Source: Rikenellaceae bacterium (lineage in GTDB: Bacteria > Bacteroidota > Bacteroidia > Bacteroidales > Rikenellaceae). Taken from it: a stretch of DNA of 64,000 nucleotides. The stretch covers positions 9,119-73,118 of the forward strand of contig SUZE01000007.1 of assembly GCA_015060075.1 (NCBI GenBank), read 5' to 3'. A model generated the notes under the pieces. That model saw nothing but the letters and a program-made list of their open reading frames with translations. It ran no database searches and was not told the DNA's origin. The translations under genes were made by a program, and so were the position numbers. This document shows positions 55,633 to 64,000 of the stretch, in pieces (position 1 is the first letter of the stretch; each line of letters starts with the position of its first letter).

Positions 55633-55802
55633 TTTGCGTGAATCCGCCGGGGTTCGAACGGCGGAGCCGAAGCGAGGACTCAATTTATTTGAGCGAAGCG
55701 ACAAGTCCCCCTCACAGGAGGGGGATTTAGGGGGTGGGTAACACACTATTCACGCAAAAAGAGAAGGCTTTTGACCTTCTCTTTTGCGTGAATCCGCCGG
55801 GG
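55633..55802. repeat. 20-nt direct repeat TTTGCGTGAATCCGCCGGGG (55633-55652 and 55783-55802) flanking a hairpin-rich 130-bp unit
   Basis: Each copy directly follows a different terminator-like hairpin (cgaccacc..ggtggtcg and agagaagg..ccttctct). The inner unit is bounded by tgcgtgaat/attcacgca. Confidence 0.6.
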
Positions 55803-55864
55803 CTTTAATCTTGTTGTGTTGTTCTTGGATAATCAAAGAGTTGTGCAAATTTAGCGTTGTGCAC

Positions 55865-56101
55865 TCACATCATCCGGGTATAAATCTCCATAATAGCACG
55901 CTCGTCTACAACCGAGTTCGATATTCTACGCAAGAACTCGGTGTTATTGCAAACAAAGTGCTTCAAGCACGCCATTGTACCTGTGCCTTGCATACCGACA
56001 ACATAGTTCTCTACCATGCGAGCAGCCAAGTATGGATCCTCGCCCATATACTCGAAGTTACGACCGCACTGCGACAAACGAAAGAATCAGTTTCTTCATA
56101 G
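55865..56101 (-). pseudogene. Remnant of a glycoside hydrolase family 3 gene (internally deleted and 3'-truncated)
   Basis: The fragment CGRNFEYMGEDPYLAARMVENYVVGMQGTGTMACLKHFVCNNTEF...VVDERAIMEIY matches the GH3 catalytic-domain core. A signal-peptide start (MKKLILSFVA) is joined to it out of frame. A stop codon follows after about 70 aa. Confidence 0.7.
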
Positions 56102-56280
56102 CTTTATAGACTTCGATTACTCTTTGTTAAATCGTAAAGTAATATTTTATATGGAATGTTAATTCCAATTACCTTCACGCTCGGTTACACCACTGAGTTG
56201 TGAAGACTCCTTAACGATTGCAGGTTCGATGTAATCGCACGCCTGCTGGTAGATGTAATTTGCCATAACCTCAATTATTA

Positions 56281-59130
56281 TTACCACTCGACCTTTTCGG
56301 TATAGGTCTTGCCGAAGTTGTCGGTTACGCGAATTTCACCGTTGCGAACGCCCTCGCTCGGCTTGATGCGGAACATATATTGTGATTTGGCAGGCTGTGC
56401 ATACTTCTTTGCTGTACCTCGCAAGTGGGTAAGTTTTGTGGCGTGAATTTCCACATAATCAGGGTCGAACTCGGCAAAATGCTCGAAATTGCCGACCTTC
56501 TTGCCGTTCTCCCACCATTCAACATCGCCCCAATAGCCATCGGTGTAACCCCAAACATTCGCCTTTACATAGCCATCGCCCGTACGGGTAGGGGTGTAGA
56601 CACGCATTTGGTAGTTACGGTCGTGACCTACGGTCTTGTACCACCACTCGAAATTATCGCCATCGACCTCTACTACCATATAGCCGTTCGGAATACCGAG
56701 ATTATCCAACTCCATATTCGAACGCAAAGTTCCAATACAACGAGCTGCTGTGATAGCCGAGAAGTGTTGCATATCCTCGTAATTGGCCTTTCCTGCGTAG
56801 TCGAAGCCGTAGTTATTGTGGTAGTGTCCCGACCACGAGATAATACGCTTATAAGGCTGCAAAAGGGCTTTGTAACGCTCGTAATTGACGTTGTACTTGC
56901 CATACGAGCCTTTTGGCGATGTGCCCGGCTTCTTAAAGAGGTTAGCGTGGCCGCAGACATAGATTGTGTAGTCCTTCGGAACATACTTCAAATCCTCTTC
57001 CAGCCACTTGACTTGCTCGTCGTCCAAGCCCGAACCGTAGTGCTTTTTGTAGTCCTCACGACTATACTCGATGCTATTTACCATTATGTAGTGCACCTTA
57101 CCAATGGTAAATGAGTAGTAGGTTGGCGATATATACTCCTCGAAGAATGGAGTTCCCAACTTGCCATCGATAATGTTCTGCTGGTCGTAGTCGTGGTTGC
57201 CTATAACGTGGCACATAGGGTAGGTGGTGCTTGCGCTGATATCCATATAGTCGTCATAACCTGCCATCCAGTTATACACCAAGTCGCCGAGGTTGATAGC
57301 GAAGAACTCGCCCGTAGTTGTCTTTTTGTACTCTTCAATATCCGGCAATACAACATCGCGATAACGCTCGCCAGAGCCATCAATTCCAAGACCGCGCATT
57401 TGTGGGTCGCCAATCATTACGATGGTATATTTGTCGGTTGGCTCAGTGCGCTTTTCGAGTGTGAAGTTTGCAGTTGCGCCCTTCTGGTAGCGAGGAATGC
57501 GACAGAAATTCTGTATCACGCTCTTGCGGAACGGAATCTTGTAGCCATCAGGTATAGAGATAAATACAAAACGAGTAGAACTCATATCACTCTTCAACGT
57601 GTATTGTCCGTTGTTGTTGGTCGCAACGCACTGCTTACCGTCCGAAACCACACAGCCTACAACAGGCTCACCTTGTGGCGTGGTTACACGACCATAGATT
57701 GTCGAGCCATCAACCATAGGCTCCACGGGCTCGGCATAGTTGTTAAACTCCTCGCCCTTGACATCTACGCTTGTGATATATCCAGCAATATTGCCACGAC
57801 GGCCCGAAACAGCCTTAACCTCGCCCTTGTTGGCACAGTCGAGTAGGCGCACAAGGTTATTCGGTGTACCAGCTGCATAGCCGAGAATTCCGCCCGTATG
57901 AATTGCGTTGTTGTGGTTTTCGTAGTTGTTACCACCCGAAAGACTCTCGACCTTGCCGTAGTTTACGCAACGGCGCAAATAGGCGTTGAACTTCGCCTTG
58001 CGAGTGGTGTAGATATTGCCCACGATGCCACCGATATACGATGCTCTTGTTGGGCTGGCACCCGCAAAAAGCACCTCGCCACGATTGGCGCAATTCACAA
58101 GATGCACTTCACGACCAATTGTTGCCGCAATACCTCCAACGTGCGAAGGAACATCGTTTGCGCACTCGACCTTGCCGTAGTTTGTGCAGTCGGCAATAAC
58201 AAGTTTGTTGTGTGGCATAGAGCATATACCTGCTGTGTGAGCCATATTTACGCCCGACGACGACACCTTACCGAAGTTGTCGCAGCAGATAATATCGAAT
58301 TTGGTGTAGCCTGCAATGCCGGCAGCCCAAGTCTCGCCCGGAGTACCCGACTCGGAAGCAGTCGAGGTGCTTGTAACATCACCTCGGTTTACACACAATT
58401 TGACCGATGAACGGAACGCCTCGCCAATGATTCCGCCCACCTTATCGTATCGTGCATCGTTCAACGATTTAACCGCTCCATAATTCTCGCAGCGAGCCGT
58501 AGTGGCACTCGGAAGGGACTTTGCGTAGGCTGCACCTGCAATACCTCCGACATATACGGCAATATCCTTTGCGCAGGCAATACTTGCCGAGGAGACCTCG
58601 CCATAGTTGCGACAACGATATACGACATAGCGGTTCGAACCTACCAAACCTCCCACATAGATATTGCCATCCGTATAGTTCGATTTGTGGGTAAGAATAC
58701 CGTGATTCTCGCAGTTCTCGATGGTACCATTGTTGATGTGGGCAATCCAACCGAGGAAATACTCGCCACCTTTGCTCTGTGCCTTCATTACGCACGAAGC
58801 ATCGATGCGGAGATTACAGACCTTACCGCCTTCGAGTAGTTCGTGAATAAGACCACTCTGCGCCTTCCAATTCTTCAAAGCGAAGCCTTGACCGTTGAAT
58901 ACGCCGCCAAAGGTCTTTATAGCAACCATTTTCTTCGCCTTTGCCATATCGATATCGGCTTCGAGGCACACTTCACCCTTGTCATTCTTGTAGGCGGAGT
59001 AGTCCTGACCGCTGTTTATGGCACTGACAAATGCCATCATCTCTTGTGCGTTTTTGATTCCACCTGCATATACCGAAATAATCGATAGCAGGAGAACAAA
59101 AAGCAAGGAAAATCTCTTGATGTAGTTCAT
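56281..59130 (-). CDS. Secreted GLUG-repeat + carboxypeptidase-regulatory-like + calcineurin-like metallophosphoesterase protein
   Basis: A signal peptide is followed by about 450 aa of GLUG-type repeats (VGGLVG, VGGIAG, VGGIIGEA, GGIVGN). A CarboxypepD_reg segment follows (YGRVTTPQGEPVVGCVVSDGKQCVATNNNGQYTL). The phosphoesterase motifs are IGDPQ, GDLVYN, GNHDYD and SGHYHNNY. Confidence 0.8.
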   Translation of the reverse strand: MNYIKRFSLLFVLLLSIISVYAGGIKNAQEMMAFVSAINSGQDYSAYKNDKGEVCLEADIDMAKAKKMVAIKTFGGVFNGQGFALKNWKAQSGLIHELLEGGKVCNLRIDASCVMKAQSKGGEYFLGWIAHINNGTIENCENHGILTHKSNYTDGNIYVGGLVGSNRYVVYRCRNYGEVSSASIACAKDIAVYVGGIAGAAYAKSLPSATTARCENYGAVKSLNDARYDKVGGIIGEAFRSSVKLCVNRGDVTSTSTASESGTPGETWAAGIAGYTKFDIICCDNFGKVSSSGVNMAHTAGICSMPHNKLVIADCTNYGKVECANDVPSHVGGIAATIGREVHLVNCANRGEVLFAGASPTRASYIGGIVGNIYTTRKAKFNAYLRRCVNYGKVESLSGGNNYENHNNAIHTGGILGYAAGTPNNLVRLLDCANKGEVKAVSGRRGNIAGYITSVDVKGEEFNNYAEPVEPMVDGSTIYGRVTTPQGEPVVGCVVSDGKQCVATNNNGQYTLKSDMSSTRFVFISIPDGYKIPFRKSVIQNFCRIPRYQKGATANFTLEKRTEPTDKYTIVMIGDPQMRGLGIDGSGERYRDVVLPDIEEYKKTTTGEFFAINLGDLVYNWMAGYDDYMDISASTTYPMCHVIGNHDYDQQNIIDGKLGTPFFEEYISPTYYSFTIGKVHYIMVNSIEYSREDYKKHYGSGLDDEQVKWLEEDLKYVPKDYTIYVCGHANLFKKPGTSPKGSYGKYNVNYERYKALLQPYKRIISWSGHYHNNYGFDYAGKANYEDMQHFSAITAARCIGTLRSNMELDNLGIPNGYMVVEVDGDNFEWWYKTVGHDRNYQMRVYTPTRTGDGYVKANVWGYTDGYWGDVEWWENGKKVGNFEHFAEFDPDYVEIHATKLTHLRGTAKKYAQPAKSQYMFRIKPSEGVRNGEIRVTDNFGKTYTEKVEW

Positions 59131-59157
59131 ATTGTATAGATGTTATAGTTAGTTATT

Positions 59158-61617
59158 CTACCACGAAACGGTCGATGAATAGGTGTTGCCGAAGCGGTCA
59201 GTTACGGTAACCGTTCCCGAACCACTTGCGCGACTCTCTACTGCGCGGAAGATGGTATGGATGTTGTTGTCCTCAGGTCCATATCCACTGTCGGTTTTCA
59301 GCGTGTAGCCGTATGTCTTGAAGTGGTTGCGAATCTCGTATGTAGCCAAGCAGTAAGCATCTTGATAGCCCACAGCCTCCATCTCTACGCCGTTGTACTT
59401 CGGCTTTTCCCATTTGTTGTCCCAAAGGAATACATTTACATAGACATAGTTGTTTGTCGGATTACCGGCAATCATATCGGCATAGGTGTTGTGATACTGG
59501 CCAGGCTTGTAGACCTTCATCTGATACGACTCCGATAGGGTAGAGCCGTCCGACTTCATCTTTGCTACGCCATTGATGTAGTTCCAATCACGATAGAGGT
59601 AGCTAGGCTTCTTTGAGGTGTATTTGATGGTCGAAACAAACGAGCCCGTCTGGTAGATTGTAGGCTTGAAGTGCCACTCTATGTTGTCGCCATCAACCTC
59701 TACAACGGTATAACCACGCGGAGTACCATCTGCGAGGTACTCGTTGGTCCACAACTCACCGGTCGAGCGAGCTACGGTGTGCTCCTCGATAGGTGCCCAC
59801 TTGTTCGATGCGGCGTAGTTGTAGTTGTAGGTGTTGTGGGTGTGACCTGTCCATACGTGCACCTTCTTGAACTCGGCAAACAGATCGCCATACTCCTCGC
59901 GATATTGAGCGGTACGGTTGTGAGTGTTTATAAGCTTGAACATTGGCGAGTGAGCTGCCACCATAAGGGTTGTCGAGCGGTCCACATACGAGAGGTCGTT
60001 CTGCAACCACTGCCAAATCTCGTCGGTAAGACCCTGAACATCATAACCCTTCAACTCGCCATTATCGTTGAGATTCATAATGAGGTTGTCCAACACCACG
60101 AAGTGCAACTTGCCGATGTTGAACGAGTAGTAGGTCGGGCCTAACTTCTCCTCGAATACGCGGCGACCTTCGACGTCGGTCTTTGCAGTCTTGTCGTTGT
60201 CGTGGTTACCCAAAACATTAAACATCGGGAAACCGAGAGTCGAAAGACCGGCGAGATAGTTGTCGTACAACGACATATTCTCGTGAACAATATCACCCAA
60301 CATCAGACCATAGACATTGTGCCCACTGATTGTCGCAGCCTTCTCTCGCATATCACGGTAGAGGTCCTCACAACAATCGAGCGAGTGGTAGGCATTGTAG
60401 TCATAACTTGCAGTGCGTGCACGTGGCTGAGGGTCGGCACCTACGAGCAACGTAAAACGGTCCGAGTTATTCGTAATCTTATTGAATGAGAAGTCGGCTA
60501 CGCAGATGTTTTCACTCTTTTCGCTATCGGTTATGCGGTGATAGAAAATCGGCAGTCCATTCTCATTAGTTGGCGCTGAATAGCCCGAAGGTATGCTTGC
60601 CATCACAAACTTTGCATTGGCGAGGTCGCTCTTCAACGAGTAGAAGCCATTGACATTGGTTGTAGTACACAACAATCCGTCAGATACGACAACACCCTCC
60701 AAGCCCTTACCATTGCTCTTTACATAGCCTTTGACCGTTACGCCAGGTTCGGTTCCCCACTCATCAACGATATTTTCCCTCATATTTTCGAGCATAACAC
60801 TATATTTAGTCTCGCGGAAAGCGATACTCTTGAACTCGCGTACGATACCTGGGTTTACCGATGAACCGTTCCATTGAGCCTTCATCGTTATACCCTCCGA
60901 ATCTTTAAATACGAGGTTACAAAGACCTAAGTTACCGTGAGGAACTGCAATATAGATATATCTATCCGCATCTGCCGAAAGAGAGAAGTTTTCGGGGAGA
61001 GAGTATGTGATACTTTTGTTGCTATTCTCCGTTGGAGAGATTGTGCCATCTTGACAATTTACCGCAAATTCTCCCGACAAGGCATTAGGAGAGGTAATAG
61101 TTACACTTTTCAACACCGTTTGTGCCCCCACCTCGCTACGAAGTGCAAAGCGCAAGATACCTGCCAGATGTCTAAGTGCAATCGTATTGCTTTTCATTTC
61201 AACATATCCACACATAGGGGCACTTCCATTGTCAAATGAGCCTTCGGTGTAGTGCTGTTCGGTAGCAAATACCACTTTCGGGCTCTCCTTTGTACTGGAC
61301 GCAGTGTGTGGATAGGTGATTGCATAAGGATACGCCAAGACACCATCTACTTCAAAAGTTGCACGAGAAGCGTTCTCTGCATCAATCAATACGGCGTTCG
61401 ACTTGATTCCATTTACCGAGATGCAATCTCCCGTTGTCCAATAGGTAGGATAGACGTCCCCACTCTTTTCGCCCAACGATGTCCTACTCTCCGCCAGCGA
61501 TATTGAAATGGTTGTTTTACCGGGATAGTGAATATCCTCAGTTGCCATATCGTTTTGGCAACCGATAAGCACCATAATAGGTATTAATGCCGCAATCGTA
61601 AAGAGGTTTAGTTTCAT
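59158..61617 (-). CDS. Lipoprotein: fimbrillin-like N-terminal region + carboxypeptidase-regulatory-like + calcineurin-like metallophosphoesterase
   Basis: The ATG at 61617 gives MKLNLFTIAALIPIMVLIGC. The phosphoesterase motifs are GADPQPR, LGDIVHEN, GNHDND, AAHSPMF and TGHTHNTYNY. Confidence 0.8.
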   Translation of the reverse strand: MKLNLFTIAALIPIMVLIGCQNDMATEDIHYPGKTTISISLAESRTSLGEKSGDVYPTYWTTGDCISVNGIKSNAVLIDAENASRATFEVDGVLAYPYAITYPHTASSTKESPKVVFATEQHYTEGSFDNGSAPMCGYVEMKSNTIALRHLAGILRFALRSEVGAQTVLKSVTITSPNALSGEFAVNCQDGTISPTENSNKSITYSLPENFSLSADADRYIYIAVPHGNLGLCNLVFKDSEGITMKAQWNGSSVNPGIVREFKSIAFRETKYSVMLENMRENIVDEWGTEPGVTVKGYVKSNGKGLEGVVVSDGLLCTTTNVNGFYSLKSDLANAKFVMASIPSGYSAPTNENGLPIFYHRITDSEKSENICVADFSFNKITNNSDRFTLLVGADPQPRARTASYDYNAYHSLDCCEDLYRDMREKAATISGHNVYGLMLGDIVHENMSLYDNYLAGLSTLGFPMFNVLGNHDNDKTAKTDVEGRRVFEEKLGPTYYSFNIGKLHFVVLDNLIMNLNDNGELKGYDVQGLTDEIWQWLQNDLSYVDRSTTLMVAAHSPMFKLINTHNRTAQYREEYGDLFAEFKKVHVWTGHTHNTYNYNYAASNKWAPIEEHTVARSTGELWTNEYLADGTPRGYTVVEVDGDNIEWHFKPTIYQTGSFVSTIKYTSKKPSYLYRDWNYINGVAKMKSDGSTLSESYQMKVYKPGQYHNTYADMIAGNPTNNYVYVNVFLWDNKWEKPKYNGVEMEAVGYQDAYCLATYEIRNHFKTYGYTLKTDSGYGPEDNNIHTIFRAVESRASGSGTVTVTDRFGNTYSSTVSW

Positions 61618-61646
61618 TTTATTATGTTTTTTTTGTTGTTTTATCT

Positions 61647-63365
61647 CTACCACTGTATTGTAGATGAGTATTCGTTTCCGAAACGGTCTTTTACCGTAAC
61701 CGTTCCCTTGCCTGTCGATTTAGGCTCGTAGGCACGGAATATGGTGTGAATGTTATTGTCGGCAGGACCGTAATCATCAGAGTCCTTCAACTTGTAGCCT
61801 ACGCTACTATAATGACTCTTAATATCGTAGTCCGTCAAGCAGTAGGCATCCTTGTAGCCCACCTGCGACATTGTTGTACCGTTGTATTTAGGCTTTTCCC
61901 ACTTGCTATCCCAAAGGAACACATTTACGTAGATATAATTCTTGTCGGCAGCCTTATCCTCCACCAAGTTGGTGTAGGTCTTGTGGTACTCGCCGGGCTT
62001 ATAGACCTTCATCTGGTAACGTTCCGTTAGGGTAGAGCCATCGCTACGCATCTTCGCCACACCAGCCTCATCGTAGTCCCAATCGCGGTACTTGTACTCC
62101 ATAAGTGGCGATTTGCCCGTAGGTTGTGTGCGCTGATAGATTGTCGGCTTGAAATACCACGATATGTTGTCGCCATCAACCTCCACTACGGTATATCCGC
62201 GCGGTGTGCCATTTGCCCAATACTCGTTAGTCCAGAGTTCGCCCGTAGAGCGTGCTACGGTGTGTACTTCGAGGTTTCGGAGGTTTGACGACTCGGGATA
62301 TACATAGTTGAATGTCGTGTGCGAGTGTCCTGCCCAAGCGTGTACCTTCGCATACTTCGAGAAGAGGTTTGCATAATCGCTGCGATGTCCCTGTGTAGCG
62401 TTAGAACGCTCGCCCATAGTGTCGCCCATAAACATCGGCGAGTGCGCTGCCACCATAATCGTGGTCGAGAAATCCACATACGAGAGGTCGTTCTGCAACC
62501 ACTGCCAAACTTCGTCAGTAAGACCTTGGTCGTAATCTCGCAACGAGCCGTCGCTTGCTCGAAGTTTCATAATGAGGTTATCCAACACTACATAGTGCTG
62601 CTTGCCGATGTTGAACGAGTAGTAGGTCGGACCTAACCACTGCTCATAGATGCGGCGACCATCGGTGTCGTTCTTTGCAGCGGGGTCGTTGTCGTGGTTA
62701 CCGAGAATGTTGAACATAGGGAAACCGAGCGACTTTAAGCCTGCAACATACTCGTCAAAGAGATTCATATTCTCGTGAATCAAATCGCCCAGCATCAAAC
62801 CATAGACATTGCGACCGCTGATAGTTGCCGCCTTCTCCTTCATATCGAGGTAGAAGTCGTCACAGATATCGAGCGAGTGGTAAGCTATGTTGTCGTAGCC
62901 GGCAGTGCGTGCTCGTGGCTGAGGGTCAGCACCCACAATAAGGGTGTAACGCTCAGGATTATTTGTTATGGGATAGAACTCGAAGGTGTGTTGTACCATA
63001 TTCTTCGTTCTCTCCTCGTCAGTTACTTTGTGATAGAAGATTGGCAGACCATTTGCGTCCACCGGAGCAACATATCCCGAAGGAATACTTGCCGTAATAA
63101 ACTTCGTGCGCGAGAGGTCACTGTCAATCTCGAAGTAACCCGTTTCATCGGTCTGCACGCACAGCAAACCGTCCGATATTACCACTCCGGCGAGTTTATT
63201 GTTGCCACCGCCATAGACAAGACCTTTGACAGTTATCTTGCCCGTAGGCTTGTAACCACCTACACCATTGCCGTTATTGGCGTTGTTATTGTCGTCACTA
63301 CCATTATCGGGCGTGCAAGCCAACGCAAATATGAGAGTTAAAATTGGAATGAAAAGTCGTTTCAT
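61647..63365 (-). CDS. Lipoprotein: carboxypeptidase-regulatory-like + calcineurin-like metallophosphoesterase (close paralog of 59158-61617)
   Basis: The ATG at 63365 gives MKRLFIPILTLIFALAC, followed by an Asn/Gly-rich linker. The motifs are GADPQPR, LGDLIHEN, GNHDND, AAHSPMF and AGHSHTTFNY. Confidence 0.8.
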   Translation of the reverse strand: MKRLFIPILTLIFALACTPDNGSDDNNNANNGNGVGGYKPTGKITVKGLVYGGGNNKLAGVVISDGLLCVQTDETGYFEIDSDLSRTKFITASIPSGYVAPVDANGLPIFYHKVTDEERTKNMVQHTFEFYPITNNPERYTLIVGADPQPRARTAGYDNIAYHSLDICDDFYLDMKEKAATISGRNVYGLMLGDLIHENMNLFDEYVAGLKSLGFPMFNILGNHDNDPAAKNDTDGRRIYEQWLGPTYYSFNIGKQHYVVLDNLIMKLRASDGSLRDYDQGLTDEVWQWLQNDLSYVDFSTTIMVAAHSPMFMGDTMGERSNATQGHRSDYANLFSKYAKVHAWAGHSHTTFNYVYPESSNLRNLEVHTVARSTGELWTNEYWANGTPRGYTVVEVDGDNISWYFKPTIYQRTQPTGKSPLMEYKYRDWDYDEAGVAKMRSDGSTLTERYQMKVYKPGEYHKTYTNLVEDKAADKNYIYVNVFLWDSKWEKPKYNGTTMSQVGYKDAYCLTDYDIKSHYSSVGYKLKDSDDYGPADNNIHTIFRAYEPKSTGKGTVTVKDRFGNEYSSTIQW

Positions 63366-63376
63366 CGTCTGATTTT

Positions 63377-63500
63377 TTATAGGGTCATAGGGGCTATGGG
63401 GGTTATAGGGGTTATGTTTTTTCAACTTACTGCGCATCCTATTGCCCCTAGAATCCCTAGTACCCATAGGAAACACTGCGCCGTGACTACTTTTGTAGTT
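63377..63500. repeat. Solo palindromic word array (ATAGGGG words) joined to a CTGCGCCGTGAC scaffold
   Basis: The forward words are tagggtcataggggctatgggggttatagggg. The centre is ttatgttttttcaacttactgcgcatc. The reverse words are ctattgcccctagaatccctagtacccatagg. These are followed by aaacactgcgccgtgactac. Confidence 0.65.
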
Positions 63501-63601
63501 CCCACAACCTTATTAATAGTTTTCCGTTTTCCGCTTTCCGTTCTTAAAAAACCTTTGCCGAGTGGCTGCAAGAGCCACCCGACAAAGAGATTGAAAGAGT
63601 A

Positions 63602-64000
63602 CTACTCGGTGAGGAAATAGCAACCTGTTGGGGTTGTGTTAGCATCACCAACGATATGGTCTGCAAAGTTCTCTGCAGTCAATGCTGTACCAAGTACGCT
63701 ACCTGCAACACCGCAGTTCTCGATTACAGCACCAGCCTTTGTGAATGACGCAACGGCCTTGCAAGTGAGAATAGTGCCCTCAGCTGCAATAGTACCGTTG
63801 AATGTAGAGTTCTTGATTGAAGAGCCTGCATTTACACCCGAAGCAATACCACCGATGTAGGTGTTGTTATAAGAATACAACCTTGGACTGGTAACGCTAC
63901 AGCCTGTGATATGAGAATTGTCGAGGTAGGCTGCAATACCACCCAAACGAACACTTGTGTTGATACCAGCCATAGTAGCAGTGCTGCTACAAGCGGTGAT
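63602..64000 (-). CDS. C-terminal part of another GLUG-repeat surface protein (5' end is outside the window)
   Basis: The frame stays open to the right window edge. The repeats include LGGIAAYLDNSHITGC and YIGGIASGVNAGSSIKNSTFNG. Confidence 0.7.
   Translation of the reverse strand: MTACSSTATMAGINTSVRLGGIAAYLDNSHITGCSVTSPRLYSYNNTYIGGIASGVNAGSSIKNSTFNGTIAAEGTILTCKAVASFTKAGAVIENCGVAGSVLGTALTAENFADHIVGDANTTPTGCYFLTE

Noticed and set aside
55635-55757. A tRNA or tmRNA gene suggested by GGTTCGAA.
   Set aside because: I could not fold a cloverleaf. There is no acceptor stem, D arm or anticodon arm in register, and the loop closed by cgccg/cggcg is 9 nt rather than 7. At most it is a tRNA-derived fragment.

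Overview
This 64-kb window looks like a Bacteroidota (probably Bacteroidales) chromosome. Several genes sit behind -33 TTTG / -7 TAnnTTTG promoters with 19-20 nt spacing. There are many lipoproteins with a signal peptide and Cys, BACON domains, and a TonB-dependent receptor.

Gene content, left to right:
- the 3' part of dnaA
- a five-gene putative extracellular nucleic-acid capture locus: giant lipoprotein, NucA-type nuclease, EEP nuclease/phosphatase, TonB receptor, OB-like lipoprotein
- an M16 peptidase, an acyl-ACP thioesterase, a YozG-like HTH protein and a bacterioferritin
- an AT-rich five-gene island (16.07-19.58 kb, minus strand)
- a glycosyltransferase, a lipoprotein, an MFS transporter, a TPR protein and era
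- two BspA-type LRR surface lipoproteins, ffh, a hotdog thioesterase, a DUF4294-like protein and tRNA-Gln(UUG)
- purA and purT
- a complete pyrimidine operon, pyrC-carA-carB-pyrK-pyrD-pyrF-pyrE-pyrB
- a 1.7-kb element bounded by about 210-bp inverted repeats, carrying one RecA-fold ATPase gene
- rlmD, translationally coupled to a second BACON-nuclease
- manA, a cysteate-synthase-like PLP enzyme and a decayed GH3 remnant
- a cluster of GLUG-repeat and calcineurin-like phosphoesterase surface proteins running to the right edge

Best candidates for something new:
1. The AT-rich island. It encodes a membrane-anchored DarT/DUF4433-like ADP-ribosyltransferase that overlaps by 4 bp a weakly NADAR-like gene. 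A hyper-acidic 61-aa protein, a WG-repeat protein and a secreted protein flank this pair.
2. A conserved 240-290-nt 5' leader with its own promoter. It is shared by that island and both LRR lipoprotein genes, and one stem shows a compensatory change.
3. The inverted-repeat-bounded ATPase element, whose arms carry 19 CGTAACA iteron-like units.
4. Solo intergenic copies of the same arm architecture built from different repeat words.
5. A leader ORF plus terminator, attenuator-like, in front of the pyr operon.
6. A PyrB fused to only the zinc domain of PyrI.

All protein assignments come from reading motifs by eye. No database search or folding calculation was run.
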